This document shows positions 9,703 to 19,401 of a stretch of 52,997 bases of DNA, piece after piece. Every line of letters begins with the position of its first letter. The stretch's first letter is position 1. Below the pieces are notes generated by a model. It was not told the origin of the DNA. It made no database searches and saw only the letters and a program-made list of their open reading frames with translations. The position numbers and the translations under genes are program-made. The stretch is from Thermoplasmata archaeon (GTDB taxonomy: Archaea; Thermoplasmatota; Thermoplasmata; Lutacidiplasmatales; UBA184), in NCBI GenBank assembly GCA_030041175.1, contig JASHOK010000038.1, forward strand, positions 1 to 52,997, read 5' to 3'.

Positions 9703-10938
9703 ATGAAAGTCCCCAAGCAACCCGAGGTCAACATCGGCCTGGTCGGCCATGTCGACCACGGAAAGACGACGCTCACCCAGACCCTCACGGGAGAGTGGAC
9801 CGACCGCCATTCTGAGGAGCTGAAGCGCGGCATTTCGATCAAGCTGGGGTACGCCGACGCGGCGTTCTACAAGTGCCCGAACCACGAAGCTCCCGCCGGG
9901 TGGACGGTCGAGCCGAAGTGCCCCATCTGCGGTGCTACGACGAAGTTCGTTCGGGCGGTGTCGTTCGTGGATGCGCCCGGTCACGAGGCGCTCATGGCCA
10001 CCATGCTCTCCGGCGCGGCGCTGATGGACGGGGCCTTGCTGCTTATTGCGGCCAACGAACCGGTTCCGCAGCCGCAGACTCGGGAACACCTCTACGCCCT
10101 CGATATCATCGGGGTGCGGAAGGTCGTGGTCGTCCAGAACAAGATCGACCTCCTGACGCCCGAACAGGCCGTGGAGAACTTCGAGCAGATCACCCGGTTC
10201 CTGAAGGGCAGTCCCATCGAGAACGCGCCGATCGTTCCGATCTCGGCCAACCACAAGGTGAACATCGACGCGCTCATCGATACCATCGAGCACGTGATTC
10301 CGACACCGCCCCGGGATGCCACGAAGCCCCCGCTCATGTACATCGCCCGATCCTTCGACATCAACAAGCCGGGGACGAGGCCCGGCGACCTCCAGGGGGG
10401 CGTGCTGGGTGGGTCGCTGCTGCAGGGACGTCTCAAAATCGGAGACGAGATCGAATTGCGCCCGGGTCTGGCCGCAACATCTAACGGGCATTCTTCAGAG
10501 ATCCGTACCAAGATCACCTCGCTGATCTCCGGCGGGAACGAGCTCGATGAGCTCCGGCCGGGAGGGCTCGCGGCGATCGGCACTTCGCTGGATCCTTCGT
10601 ACACCAAGGCGGACGCGCTCACCGGTCGATTGGTTGGCACGGCCGAGACGCTACCGCCCGTCACGCAGAAGGTCCGGGTCAAGGTGACGCTGCTGGACCG
10701 CGTCGTGGGGGTTCAGCGCGAGATGAAGGTCGAAAAGATTCACTCGAACGAGCTCGTCTCTCTGAACGTCGGGACCACGGTCGCGCCGGGCAAGGTGACG
10801 AGCGCCCGGGGCGACGAAGTCGAAATCCACCTGGCCCGCCCGGTCACCGTGTTTCCGGGGAGCCGGGTGGCGATCTCGAGGAAGTTCAACGCCTGGCGTT
10901 TGATCGGGCACGGAATCATCGAGGGGGAAGGCAAGTGA
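9703..10938 (+). CDS. eif2g: translation initiation factor 2 gamma subunit
   Basis: QPEVNIGLVGHVDHGKTTL, RGISIKLGYA, Zn ribbon, DAPGHE, QNKID. Confidence 0.98.
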   Translation: MKVPKQPEVNIGLVGHVDHGKTTLTQTLTGEWTDRHSEELKRGISIKLGYADAAFYKCPNHEAPAGWTVEPKCPICGATTKFVRAVSFVDAPGHEALMATMLSGAALMDGALLLIAANEPVPQPQTREHLYALDIIGVRKVVVVQNKIDLLTPEQAVENFEQITRFLKGSPIENAPIVPISANHKVNIDALIDTIEHVIPTPPRDATKPPLMYIARSFDINKPGTRPGDLQGGVLGGSLLQGRLKIGDEIELRPGLAATSNGHSSEIRTKITSLISGGNELDELRPGGLAAIGTSLDPSYTKADALTGRLVGTAETLPPVTQKVRVKVTLLDRVVGVQREMKVEKIHSNELVSLNVGTTVAPGKVTSARGDEVEIHLARPVTVFPGSRVAISRKFNAWRLIGHGIIEGEGK

Positions 10939-11117
10939 AGCCGGACCTGCTGGAGATCCTGTGCTGTCCGGTGGACCGGGCGGACCTCCGGATGACCGCG
11001 ACCAAGACCGAGGGCGGCGAGGTCGTCGAGGGCGCCCTGACCTGCACGAAGTGCGGTACCGCGTACCCCATCGAGGACGGGATCCCGAATCTGCTGCCCC
11101 CCGACGAGCGAGACTAA
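10935..11117 (+). CDS. trm112: Trm112 family methyltransferase activator
   Basis: LLEILCCPVD...LTCTKCGTAYPIEDGIPNLLP. Confidence 0.93.
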   Translation: MKPDLLEILCCPVDRADLRMTATKTEGGEVVEGALTCTKCGTAYPIEDGIPNLLPPDERD

Positions 11118-11271
11118 GGGATCCGGGCTCGACGCCACCGGTGGCGTGGTGACGCTACCGCGCGAAGGGAGGGCCAGTCGGAGTGTCGACCACGAGTAGG
11201 GTCGGCTCGCCGGCCCCATCGGCCACCCAGAGGCCCTCTAGGAATGTAACCCGTACCCGGAGCTCCGGCGC

Positions 11272-11904
11272 TCACGGGGCGATGAGGACGGCCCGACAGG
11301 GTGCGCCGTCGCCGTCACGGATTTTTAGCGGAAGGCAGCGGAGCTCGTAATCGCCGGCCGGCACCTCCGCCAGCCGAAGACCTTCCAGGATGAGGCACCC
11401 ACTTTCCAGCAGCGTGTGGTGAACCGGGTACTGGTTGGTGGTGTCCCGCTCAATGGACTGGGAGTCGATCCCCACCAGCCGCAACCGGGCCGCCGCGAGA
11501 TACTCGGCGGTCTCCGGGGCGAGTGCGACGTAGTCGGGAAAGAACGACTCTCCCCGCGCCCACCGGACCGAGTTCTGGGTGCGGAATAGCACGCGACCCA
11601 CTCCGTGCAAGAGCCCCTTCAGGTCGCCGGTGCTGATCTCCCGATGATGGTCCGGAACGTGCACGACCCGGCACGGTCCGTTGAGCGCGTCCAGGTCCAC
11701 CTGGTCGCTGGTGAGTCCGCCCGCGAGGAAATGGCGCGGCGGATCGATGTGGCTTCCCGCATGCGTACCGAGGGCCAGTTCCGACAGGTTGTACGGGTCT
11801 CCGTGAGCGAGCTGGTGCGTCGCCCGAATGACAATGGGAGGGTCTCCCGGGAACGACGGCATGCCCGGGTGAATCTCGGCGGAGATGTCGTAGACCCGCG
11901 GCAT
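11272..11904 (-). CDS. cyclase family protein (kynurenine formamidase-like)
   Basis: FPGDP, THAGSHIDPPRH (HxGxHxDxPxH), VGIDS, ILEGL, DGAPCRA. Confidence 0.9.
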   Translation of the reverse strand: MPRVYDISAEIHPGMPSFPGDPPIVIRATHQLAHGDPYNLSELALGTHAGSHIDPPRHFLAGGLTSDQVDLDALNGPCRVVHVPDHHREISTGDLKGLLHGVGRVLFRTQNSVRWARGESFFPDYVALAPETAEYLAAARLRLVGIDSQSIERDTTNQYPVHHTLLESGCLILEGLRLAEVPAGDYELRCLPLKIRDGDGAPCRAVLIAP

Positions 11905-11975
11905 CCAGCACTTCCCTCCAGGCCTCGCGGCGACCACCCAAGAGGGATTAAAGGACTGTCACGGGTGGGCGCCGC

Positions 11976-12686
11976 GTGACCCTCATCGATGATGCCGTGT
12001 TCGTGCCCGCGTTCATCGTCACGCTGCTCGAGATGACAGAGGTCGTGGCGCTGGTCTTCGCCTTGAGCGGAGGCGACCACGGGCTGCGGGACACGATCGC
12101 GGGGGCATTGACCGGAGTAGCGGTCATCGGCACCGTTGCCCTCCTCGCCGGTTCCGCGCTCGACCGCCTGCCGCCCGACCTGCTACTCGGGCCTTCCGCC
12201 ATCGTCCTGGCGGCCTTCACGGTCTTCTTGTTTCGAGGCACGCTCCGAACCTACCGCCGGTCGAGGGCCCAGCGACAGGGTGCAGCGGGGGCCTTTCCTG
12301 CGGCACCCCCGGTAGTGAGCTTTGGTGCGGGGTTCTCGGTCGGCGCAGTCGAGACCACGGAGGCCGTCATCGTGCTGCTTGCACTCGCCGCCCCCGGCTA
12401 CGGCTGGACGACCCTCGCCGGAGCCGTCTCCGCCGGAGCGATTCTCGTCGTGCTCGCACTCCTGCTGCACGGCCAGATACGGAAGGTCAAGATCACGACC
12501 CTCCGGGGAGCGGGGACGGCGATGCTGCTGACCTATGCGGTGTTCTGGGGCGGGGAGGCCTTGCATGTTCCCTGGCCCTGGGATGACCTCACCCTCCTCC
12601 CTATCTTCGGCGCCGCGGCGCTCGTCGTAGCGGGCACGGTCTGGCTCCTGGGACGGGCCCCCCTGCCGGTCGAGACTAAGAGCTAA
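11976..12686 (+). CDS. membrane protein, COG4280/GDT1-like putative cation transporter
   Basis: Two repeats of an ExxE helix (LLEMTEVV; AVETTEAV); multi-TM. Confidence 0.7.
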   Translation: MTLIDDAVFVPAFIVTLLEMTEVVALVFALSGGDHGLRDTIAGALTGVAVIGTVALLAGSALDRLPPDLLLGPSAIVLAAFTVFLFRGTLRTYRRSRAQRQGAAGAFPAAPPVVSFGAGFSVGAVETTEAVIVLLALAAPGYGWTTLAGAVSAGAILVVLALLLHGQIRKVKITTLRGAGTAMLLTYAVFWGGEALHVPWPWDDLTLLPIFGAAALVVAGTVWLLGRAPLPVETKS

Positions 12687-12713
12687 GAGGCCGGAGCCGC
12701 CCGGCGGTGCTGC

Positions 12714-14156
12714 ATGGCCCGGCGGGGAGCATCGGACGACCTCGAGGACGACCCCGTCGAGGACGAGGACGAAGAGCCGGAGGACAGAGCCGGAGGGCAG
12801 CCGGAGGAAGAGGAAGCTCCTCCTCGGCGGCGCCCATCTGCCTCCCCGCGGCGACGCGCGACGGGCCGCTCGGCAGGACCTCCCCGGCCGTGGACGATCG
12901 AGGACCTGGACCGGGAGACCGACGATGTCCGGCGAACGAAGCGTCGTAAGGGCAAGGATGAGGACGAGGAGCCGGGCTTCTTCAGTCGGCTAAGGCGCCC
13001 GGTGTTCTTCCGCGCCCGCGATAGCTGGTACTTCGAGCCGCTCGTGGCCCTCGCCCTCATTGTCCTGCTACTGGTCGGTCTCTTCGCCTACACGTCGAAC
13101 TGGCCACCGATCTTCGTGGTAGAGTCCGACAGCATGCAGCACGGCTATGGAGACACGGTTGGGCTGATCAACACCGGAGACCTCGTCCTCGTGCAGAAGG
13201 TCAGCCCATCGACCATCGTCACGTACGTCGAAGGACAGCAGACCGGGTTTTCCACCTACGGCGAATATGGCGACGTCATCCTGTACCACCCCAACGGAGC
13301 CACGCTCGCGACTCCGGTCATCCACCGGGCCATCCTCTACCTCGAGTGGGACCCCCAGACGGGAGACTACTCGGCTCCCTCCCTCGCCGGGCTGCCCTGC
13401 GGCAGCCAACCGGGAGCCCTCTACTCGATTGCGGGCAGCAGTACCGGCTGTGGTTCCACGGGCTTGATCACGACCATCACCCTCTACGACGTGGGCTGGA
13501 AGGGCGCGACCGTCTCCATCCCGCTCGGTGGGCTCGGTCGGTACTCGGGTTTCATCACGATGGGCGACAACAACCTGGTCGCCGGGTCCCCGCCACAGGG
13601 GAAGACCGACCAGTCCTGGGGCATCTCCGCCCTCGTGGCTCCGAGCTGGGTCATGGGAGTGGCTCGAGGGATGATTCCTTGGGTCGGCGCTTTCAAGCTG
13701 CTCATCGACGGCAACGCCCAGGAGGTACCCGCCCAATCCTGGCAATTCCTCGCACTCACCATTTCGGCCATCGTCCTCGCGGGCTTCGGCCTCCACTATC
13801 TGTTCCGGGTGGAGGGCATTGAGGACCCCCGGCGGCGGGAGGAGGAGCGGGCCGAGCGCCGTACGAACGACGACGACGAGGAGGGCGGCCCGGTGTGGAA
13901 GGACCGCCCTCCCGGCAGCCGGTGGCACGGCCTGCGGGAATGGCTCGCGGCCCCGGACGATGAGGAGACCGAGGAACCCCGAGCCGTCCCGCGGAAGAAG
14001 ACGATTACGGCGGAGGCGCCGTCGGTGAAGAAGGGCCCGGCGCCGGCCGGCCGGAGCCGGGGACGGCCGAAGCCGGCGGTGCGGAAGACGAAGGGTCTCT
14101 GGTCGCGCAAGACCCCCAAGCGCTCGACTCGAGACTCGGACGACAATACCCTCTGA
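12714..14156 (+). CDS. signal peptidase I, S26 (Sec11/ER-type) with long charged tails
   Basis: VVESDSMQH (Ser), GDLVLV, VIHR (His), TMGDNN, IPWVG; TM on each side. Confidence 0.9.
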   Translation: MARRGASDDLEDDPVEDEDEEPEDRAGGQPEEEEAPPRRRPSASPRRRATGRSAGPPRPWTIEDLDRETDDVRRTKRRKGKDEDEEPGFFSRLRRPVFFRARDSWYFEPLVALALIVLLLVGLFAYTSNWPPIFVVESDSMQHGYGDTVGLINTGDLVLVQKVSPSTIVTYVEGQQTGFSTYGEYGDVILYHPNGATLATPVIHRAILYLEWDPQTGDYSAPSLAGLPCGSQPGALYSIAGSSTGCGSTGLITTITLYDVGWKGATVSIPLGGLGRYSGFITMGDNNLVAGSPPQGKTDQSWGISALVAPSWVMGVARGMIPWVGAFKLLIDGNAQEVPAQSWQFLALTISAIVLAGFGLHYLFRVEGIEDPRRREEERAERRTNDDDEEGGPVWKDRPPGSRWHGLREWLAAPDDEETEEPRAVPRKKTITAEAPSVKKGPAPAGRSRGRPKPAVRKTKGLWSRKTPKRSTRDSDDNTL

Positions 14157-14197
14157 CAGAGGGTTTCCGGTCCGCTCAGAGTTTCAGAAAATTTGCA

Positions 14198-14229
14198 CTT
14201 CCAGGGGACGGAATTCCGTCCCCCGGAAG
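14198..14229 (-). terminator. hairpin between convergent genes, followed by a T-tract on the minus strand
   Basis: Perfect 20-bp palindrome GGGGACGGAATTCCGTCCCC (14204-14223) extended by CTTCC/GGAAG; TTTTT shortly after on the minus strand. Confidence 0.65.
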
Positions 14230-14269
14230 GAGGGAAAGGGTTTCACCCGTCGAGGCGGGGACCGCCCGA

Positions 14270-14866
14270 TTACGTGATCGTACCGCTGGTCGTACCCGAA
14301 AACGATCCCTGACCGAGCGCCACCAGGCTGTAGCCGGACAGGCTGCAAGCGATGGGCGAGATCTGGACCGAGAACGTGTACTGGGTCGTCATCGGGGAGG
14401 TCGAGCTGCAGGCCGACGTGTAGGTCGGGGCCGTGCAGCCGGTTCCGTAGGTCGTCGCCGCGCCCGGCGTGAAGGTCGCAACCACCGTGTTGATGGGGTT
14501 GATGATGACCACGTGGAGCGCAGTGACTGCCGTTCCGGTGACCGTGCTTCCGACCGCGATGATGGATCCCGTCGGGCTCCGGACCTCGAACGTGAACGAG
14601 CCGAGGGTCAGCGTGGAACCCGCCGACTCAACGGTCATGTTGTAGTAGTTCACGGTGCCCGAGGCGCCGTCGGTAGAGCTACCAATCGCCAACGCACTGC
14701 CGATTGTGACCCCGCCGCCGCCCTTTGTGTACTGGCTGATCAGAATATACAGGACCGCGGCCAGCACGACAGTGATCGCGACGAGTAGAATCGTAGCGAT
14801 GATCGGCGACACCGCGCGCCTGTTCTTCCGGCGCCAGCTTCGTTCGTTCTTGCCCCAAATGTTCAT
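14270..14866 (-). CDS. archaeal type IV pilin (class III signal peptide)
   Basis: RRKNRRA/VSPIIATILLVAITVVLAAVLY; Thr/Ser/Gly-rich beta domain; GGAGG SD and TTTAAATAT TATA upstream. Confidence 0.92.
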   Translation of the reverse strand: MNIWGKNERSWRRKNRRAVSPIIATILLVAITVVLAAVLYILISQYTKGGGGVTIGSALAIGSSTDGASGTVNYYNMTVESAGSTLTLGSFTFEVRSPTGSIIAVGSTVTGTAVTALHVVIINPINTVVATFTPGAATTYGTGCTAPTYTSACSSTSPMTTQYTFSVQISPIACSLSGYSLVALGQGSFSGTTSGTIT

Positions 14867-14925
14867 TCGCGTTTTTCCTCCGAGGAGAGTTACTCCCCTA
14901 AGAGAGCCGTAGGGGGCAGGATTGC

Positions 14926-14934
14926 ATATTTAAA
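14926..14934 (-). promoter_or_regulatory. TATA box of pilin gene
   Basis: TTTAAATAT on the minus strand about 60 nt upstream of the start. Confidence 0.6.
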
Positions 14935-15151
14935 CCCAGCGGCGGTCGTATCGGCAATCGCCGTTTCCGACTTCGACACACGTATGAATGCGCATCCGTT
15001 CCCTCGAGAAGCCGGCACGAAAACCGGCCCCCGGGACCCGTGTTAGTATGGGGCGCAGCACCAATCCCGCCGGGGATCGCCACGTCGGAAGCCCCGAGGC
15101 AGCCCCGCTCCATCGCGAGGACCGTTGGCAGCCTCAGCGGAGGAGGGCGGC

Positions 15152-15730
15152 CTAGAAGACGTGGACTTCGACGGTCCCCGAGTACGCGCTCACTCCGATG
15201 AACCGCAGCGTATCGCCGGACAGGCTAACGGGCATGGCTCCGGACGTGTAGACGACGAATGTGAGGGTAGAGGTCACCGGGACGGCCGCGCCGAGGCTCC
15301 AGGAACCGCCGAACGTCGTCTGCCCCACGATCTGGTTCGTTGCGTTGACCACCACAACGCCGCCCGGAGGAAGGATCAGGCTCCCGTTCGCGGCGATAAT
15401 CTCTACCGCGATGTCGTGGAGTTCGAGTGCCCGCGAAGAGGCCTGGACGGACAGGTTGTAAAAGTTGCACACCGAGGCGCCGCAGCCCGTAATGCTCCCC
15501 GTGGTGCCTACGGACTCCTCAGGGGTCCCTACCGCCAAGACCGTCCCCAGGCCTGGCGAGGTCGCATTGCCGGCGGTGTAGCCCCGAATCAAGACGAATA
15601 GAACTGCCGCCAGTACGACGACGATGACCACCATCAGAACGATGGCGACGATATCCGAGACCCCGCGGCTTCGAGAGGATCGCCCTCGGACCCGGACGGC
15701 CCGAAGTCGGTTGTCGTATCCGTGCATCAT
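15152..15730 (-). CDS. second archaeal type IV pilin
   Basis: RSSRSRG/VSDIVAIVLMVVIVVVLAAVLF; shares FYNLSVQ / YYNMTVE and GSLI / GSII segments with the adjacent pilin. Confidence 0.88.
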   Translation of the reverse strand: MMHGYDNRLRAVRVRGRSSRSRGVSDIVAIVLMVVIVVVLAAVLFVLIRGYTAGNATSPGLGTVLAVGTPEESVGTTGSITGCGASVCNFYNLSVQASSRALELHDIAVEIIAANGSLILPPGGVVVVNATNQIVGQTTFGGSWSLGAAVPVTSTLTFVVYTSGAMPVSLSGDTLRFIGVSAYSGTVEVHVF

Positions 15731-15946
15731 AGGAGAACCTGAAGATGCGCGAGGGTCGGGTTCCTGTATTAGTACCCATCGAGAACGGCTTCGACATTTG
15801 TCGGCGGATACACCGGCAGCAGTCCCTCGCCGACATCGCGTCGTGGGCCTGCGTTCCTGCGAGTCCGCCCGGCAATACGCCGGTGCGTGAGTCGCCCCCA
15901 CAACGCTTTTGCCTCGGCCCCGGTGAACGGCGCCGGAGCAGCGTCG

Positions 15947-16834
15947 ATGTACGTGGTTGCGGGCACGGCCTCGACCTCCCTCGCCGAGCGGATCTCGCGA
16001 GAGCTTGGGAATGTCCCGTTCGGAATGCCGTTCCTGAAGCGGTTTCCGGACGGCGAGCTGTACGTGCGTATTGGCGGGCAGATGGCGGGCGAGGACGTCG
16101 TCCTGGTGCAGTCCACACGGAGCGACCAAGACCTGCTCGAGCTCCTCTTCCTCGAGGACGCCGTCCGGCAGTCCGGAGCACGACGACTCGTGGTGGTCGT
16201 CCCGTACTTCGGGTACGCCCGTCAGGACAAGGTGTTCTTTCCCGGCGAACCCGCGACGGCCCAGATGCTCGCCCAGCACATCGCCCTCGAGGCGGACGCG
16301 GTCGTGAGCGTGGACCTGCATTCGACCGACACCCTGAAGGCGTTCACAAAGCCCGCGTACGAGGCGAGCGGAATTCCGGCGATGGCGCGGCTCCTCCGTC
16401 AGCGGCCGGTCGACCTACTCGTCTCGCCCGACAAGGGTGGGACGGACCGAGCTCGACGCATGGGACAGCTCCTCGATCGGCCGTGGGTAGCGCTCGAAAA
16501 ACAGCGGATCGATAGCGAACACGTGGAGCTCCAGCTGCCCCGGGAGCTTCCGATGGAACTCGAGGACAAACACGTGGTCATCGTCGACGACGTGATCTCC
16601 ACGGGCGGGACGATCGTGGAGGCGGCCCGGCTACTCGCGAAGCAACGGGTCGGTGCCATCACGGCGGCCTGCACCCATGGGCTGTTCCTGCGGGATGCCT
16701 TCGAACGCATCAAGGCCGTCACGGACGAGATCTACTCGACAGACACGCTGGCCAATCCAGCGGAGAAGGCGTCGGTCGCCCCCGACATCGCGGCGATTGT
16801 CAAGCGGCACCTCTCGAGCACCTCGACGGCCTGA
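15947..16834 (+). CDS. prs: ribose-phosphate pyrophosphokinase
   Basis: KRFPDGELYVRI, PYFGYARQDK, SPDKGG, IVDDVISTGGT, CTHG. Confidence 0.96.
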   Translation: MYVVAGTASTSLAERISRELGNVPFGMPFLKRFPDGELYVRIGGQMAGEDVVLVQSTRSDQDLLELLFLEDAVRQSGARRLVVVVPYFGYARQDKVFFPGEPATAQMLAQHIALEADAVVSVDLHSTDTLKAFTKPAYEASGIPAMARLLRQRPVDLLVSPDKGGTDRARRMGQLLDRPWVALEKQRIDSEHVELQLPRELPMELEDKHVVIVDDVISTGGTIVEAARLLAKQRVGAITAACTHGLFLRDAFERIKAVTDEIYSTDTLANPAEKASVAPDIAAIVKRHLSSTSTA

Positions 16835-16848
16835 CCGGGCGATGGGGC

Positions 16849-17802
16849 ATGATGCCGACGGGAGTTCTACCGGCGCGTGAGCTCCCCCGAGACGAGCTCT
16901 GGAATCTCGTCGGGACGGTTCGACACGAGCTCGCCGCGCGCGGGGAAATCTTGCCCGCTGCGTGGGTAGACGAGACGGTCGACGCGATCGGGCAGGGTGT
17001 CGGGACCGCCTGGTTTGCGGGGGAGCGGAGCCGTCCTTCTGGGCTTGCAATTCTCTGGGTCCGAGACGGTCGAGGGTACGGCCATCTTCACGCAACGCAG
17101 GGAGCTGCCTCGGTCTCCGCCATGAGCGAGCTCGCGCGGAGATTGACGCAAGAACTTCCCCCAGAGGTGGCTCGGCTGGATATGGGGTCTACGGGCTTGG
17201 CTCAACCGGACGAGCGGGCGGTCGGGGAATCCCTGCGGGGAGACCTCCGATTCACCACCCTCCTCCGGCACTCGATGGTGCGCGCGCTCACAGCCGAGGC
17301 ACCTCCCTCAGAGCCTCGGTGGCCCGACGGGACCGAGGTCACGACCGTGCGCCGCGTTCCGATGGAGCAACTCACGACCTTGGACTGGCGCACCTACCGC
17401 GGCACGCCCGACGAAACCTTGTTGTCGGCAAGTCCGGAAGGGAACCGGGAGCTTCTGGAGAATGCCCTGGCCGGCCTCTTCGGAAGGTACCTCGATGAGG
17501 CGTCCCCGGCGGCCCGGGACCCCGATGGGCGACTTCTCGGCTTCGCTATCGGCTGCGAGGAGTCGCTTCGGTCGGGCGTGGTTTTGGACATCGCGGTCGA
17601 CCCCGAGTTTAAGCGACGCGGGATCGGCGAGGCGCTACTTCTCCGGTGCCTGCGCGGGTTGCTCGCGCTGGGGTACCCTCGGGCGCACCTCTGGGTTACC
17701 CACGGCAACCGGCCGGCCCGCGCGCTCTACGAGAAGGTCGGCTTCGCCGAGGACACCTCCGCGACGATCTACCGCTGGGTCCGCACGCCGGGCGGACAGT
17801 AG
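16849..17802 (+). CDS. GNAT acetyltransferase, probably two-domain
   Basis: IAVDPEFKRRGIGEALL, NRPARALYEKVGF. Confidence 0.85.
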   Translation: MMPTGVLPARELPRDELWNLVGTVRHELAARGEILPAAWVDETVDAIGQGVGTAWFAGERSRPSGLAILWVRDGRGYGHLHATQGAASVSAMSELARRLTQELPPEVARLDMGSTGLAQPDERAVGESLRGDLRFTTLLRHSMVRALTAEAPPSEPRWPDGTEVTTVRRVPMEQLTTLDWRTYRGTPDETLLSASPEGNRELLENALAGLFGRYLDEASPAARDPDGRLLGFAIGCEESLRSGVVLDIAVDPEFKRRGIGEALLLRCLRGLLALGYPRAHLWVTHGNRPARALYEKVGFAEDTSATIYRWVRTPGGQ

Positions 17803-17809
17803 GTCGGCC

Positions 17810-19363
17810 GTGGCCCCCGACGCGCGGTCTCCGCTGATCGTGGGAAGCGGAATCGCGGGGCTGTACGTGGCCCTCCGCGCCCGCGAAGAGGGGCTCCGGC
17901 CCACCGTGGTGACAAAGAGCGGCCTGGCGGAGTCGAATACCCGGTATGCCCAGGGCGGTATCGCAGCGGCGCTGGGCCCGGATGACACCACGGAATTGCA
18001 CTGCAAGGACACGATCCGTGCCGGCGCCGGTATCACGGATCGCCACGCTGCGGAAGTCATGGCCTCCGAAGCGCCGCGCCGGATCGCGGACCTGGTCCGG
18101 TATGGAGTACCGTTCGACACGATCGAGGGACGCATCGCTCTCGGCCGCGAGGGCGGTCACTCCCGGGCCCGGATTGTGCATGCCGGGGGGGATGCGACCG
18201 GCCTGCAGATCGAAGAAACCCTCCGGGCGCGGGTACTGGAATCGGGCATCGAGGCGCGCGAGCGGGCTCGTCTCCGCGCGCTCCGCGTCGACCCGGACGG
18301 AACCGTTACCGCGGTCCTGTCCCGAGACGATGGAAGCCAGGTCGAGGAAGTGTCGGGGCGGCCCGTGGTCCTCGCCACCGGGGGAACCGGCAGTCTCTAT
18401 CGCCAGAGCTCGAACCCCGCCACAGCCACCGGTGAGGGGGTTGCCCTCGCCTTCCGCGCCGGCGCACTGATCACCGACATGGAGTTCATCCAGTTCCACC
18501 CGACGGTCTTTGCCAAAGAAGGGGCCCCGCGCTTCCTGATCACGGAGGCGCTCCGAGGCGAAGGAGCTGTTCTCCGAAACCACGCCGGGGAGCAATTCCT
18601 GCTTCGGTATCACCCCGATGCGGAGCTCGCGACCCGGGATGTCGTCAGTCGGGCGATCCACCAGGAGATGCGACGAACGAACGAGCCGTTCGTCTACCTC
18701 GATGCCACGCGAATCCCCCGGGATCGCATGTACGTTCGCTTCCCGAGCATCTGCCGTTTCCTTGCGGACCACGGACTCGACCCGTCCGCCGACCTGATCC
18801 CGGTGAGCCCGATGGCCCACTACATGATTGGAGGGGTCACGACCGACCTCGACGGCCGGACCTCTCTCCGGGGCCTCTGGGCCTGCGGCGAGGTGGCGTC
18901 CACGGGAGTCCACGGCGCGAATCGGCTCGCGAGTAACTCACTGCTGGAGGGTGTGGTATTTGGCGAGCGAGTGGCCCGACAGCTTGCCAACCCCAGCCCG
19001 GGGTCGCCGCGGGACGCGCCCCGGATGCAGTCCCTCGCGCTCGCACCGGGCAAGGGCGAGGACCCCCGGGAGGCCTGCTTCCGCGATGTCGGCACTCTCC
19101 TCTGGAACGACGTCGGAATCGTACGAGAGAATGCGGGGCTCCAGACCGCCGTCGGCCGGCTCGAGGAGTGGAGGTCGAGAACCGATCCTGCCAGCGAGGT
19201 CGACCTCCCGAACCCCTCGGCGAACGCCGCCCTGACGGCCCTGCTCATCGCGCAGTCTGCGCTGGCCCGGGAAGAGAGTCGAGGAGCCCACTACCGCTCG
19301 GACTTTCCCCGGCCCTCTCCGCGATGGAAGTACCATCAGGGGCTCCGTCGGCCGGCCACCTAA
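17810..19363 (+). CDS. nadB: L-aspartate oxidase
   Basis: IVGSGIAG, SNTRYAQGGIAA, REGGHS, EFIQFHPT, LITEALRGEG, HYMIGG, GVHGANRLASNSLLE, ESRGAHYRSDFP. Confidence 0.95.
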   Translation: MAPDARSPLIVGSGIAGLYVALRAREEGLRPTVVTKSGLAESNTRYAQGGIAAALGPDDTTELHCKDTIRAGAGITDRHAAEVMASEAPRRIADLVRYGVPFDTIEGRIALGREGGHSRARIVHAGGDATGLQIEETLRARVLESGIEARERARLRALRVDPDGTVTAVLSRDDGSQVEEVSGRPVVLATGGTGSLYRQSSNPATATGEGVALAFRAGALITDMEFIQFHPTVFAKEGAPRFLITEALRGEGAVLRNHAGEQFLLRYHPDAELATRDVVSRAIHQEMRRTNEPFVYLDATRIPRDRMYVRFPSICRFLADHGLDPSADLIPVSPMAHYMIGGVTTDLDGRTSLRGLWACGEVASTGVHGANRLASNSLLEGVVFGERVARQLANPSPGSPRDAPRMQSLALAPGKGEDPREACFRDVGTLLWNDVGIVRENAGLQTAVGRLEEWRSRTDPASEVDLPNPSANAALTALLIAQSALAREESRGAHYRSDFPRPSPRWKYHQGLRRPAT

Positions 19364-19401
19364 CGGGCCAACCGTTATCCCTCAGGTCCTTTACTGCGGG
19401 C

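Noticed and set aside
11152-11167. 16-bp palindrome ACGCCACCGGTGGCGT between convergent trm112 and cyclase genes
   Set aside because: No T-tract or second copy seen; could be a terminator but support is too weak in GC-rich sequence.
14940-15150. Intergenic region between the pilins as an ncRNA or invertible switch
   Set aside because: No convincing long inverted repeats, recombinase or recognisable RNA motif.
17462-17809. Long N-terminal extensions in the ORF track (NadB, PurP, aquaporin, FKBP, pilin 2, cNMP protein)
   Set aside because: They overlap neighbouring genes or promoter regions and lack family features; starts were moved downstream, so these are not fusions.
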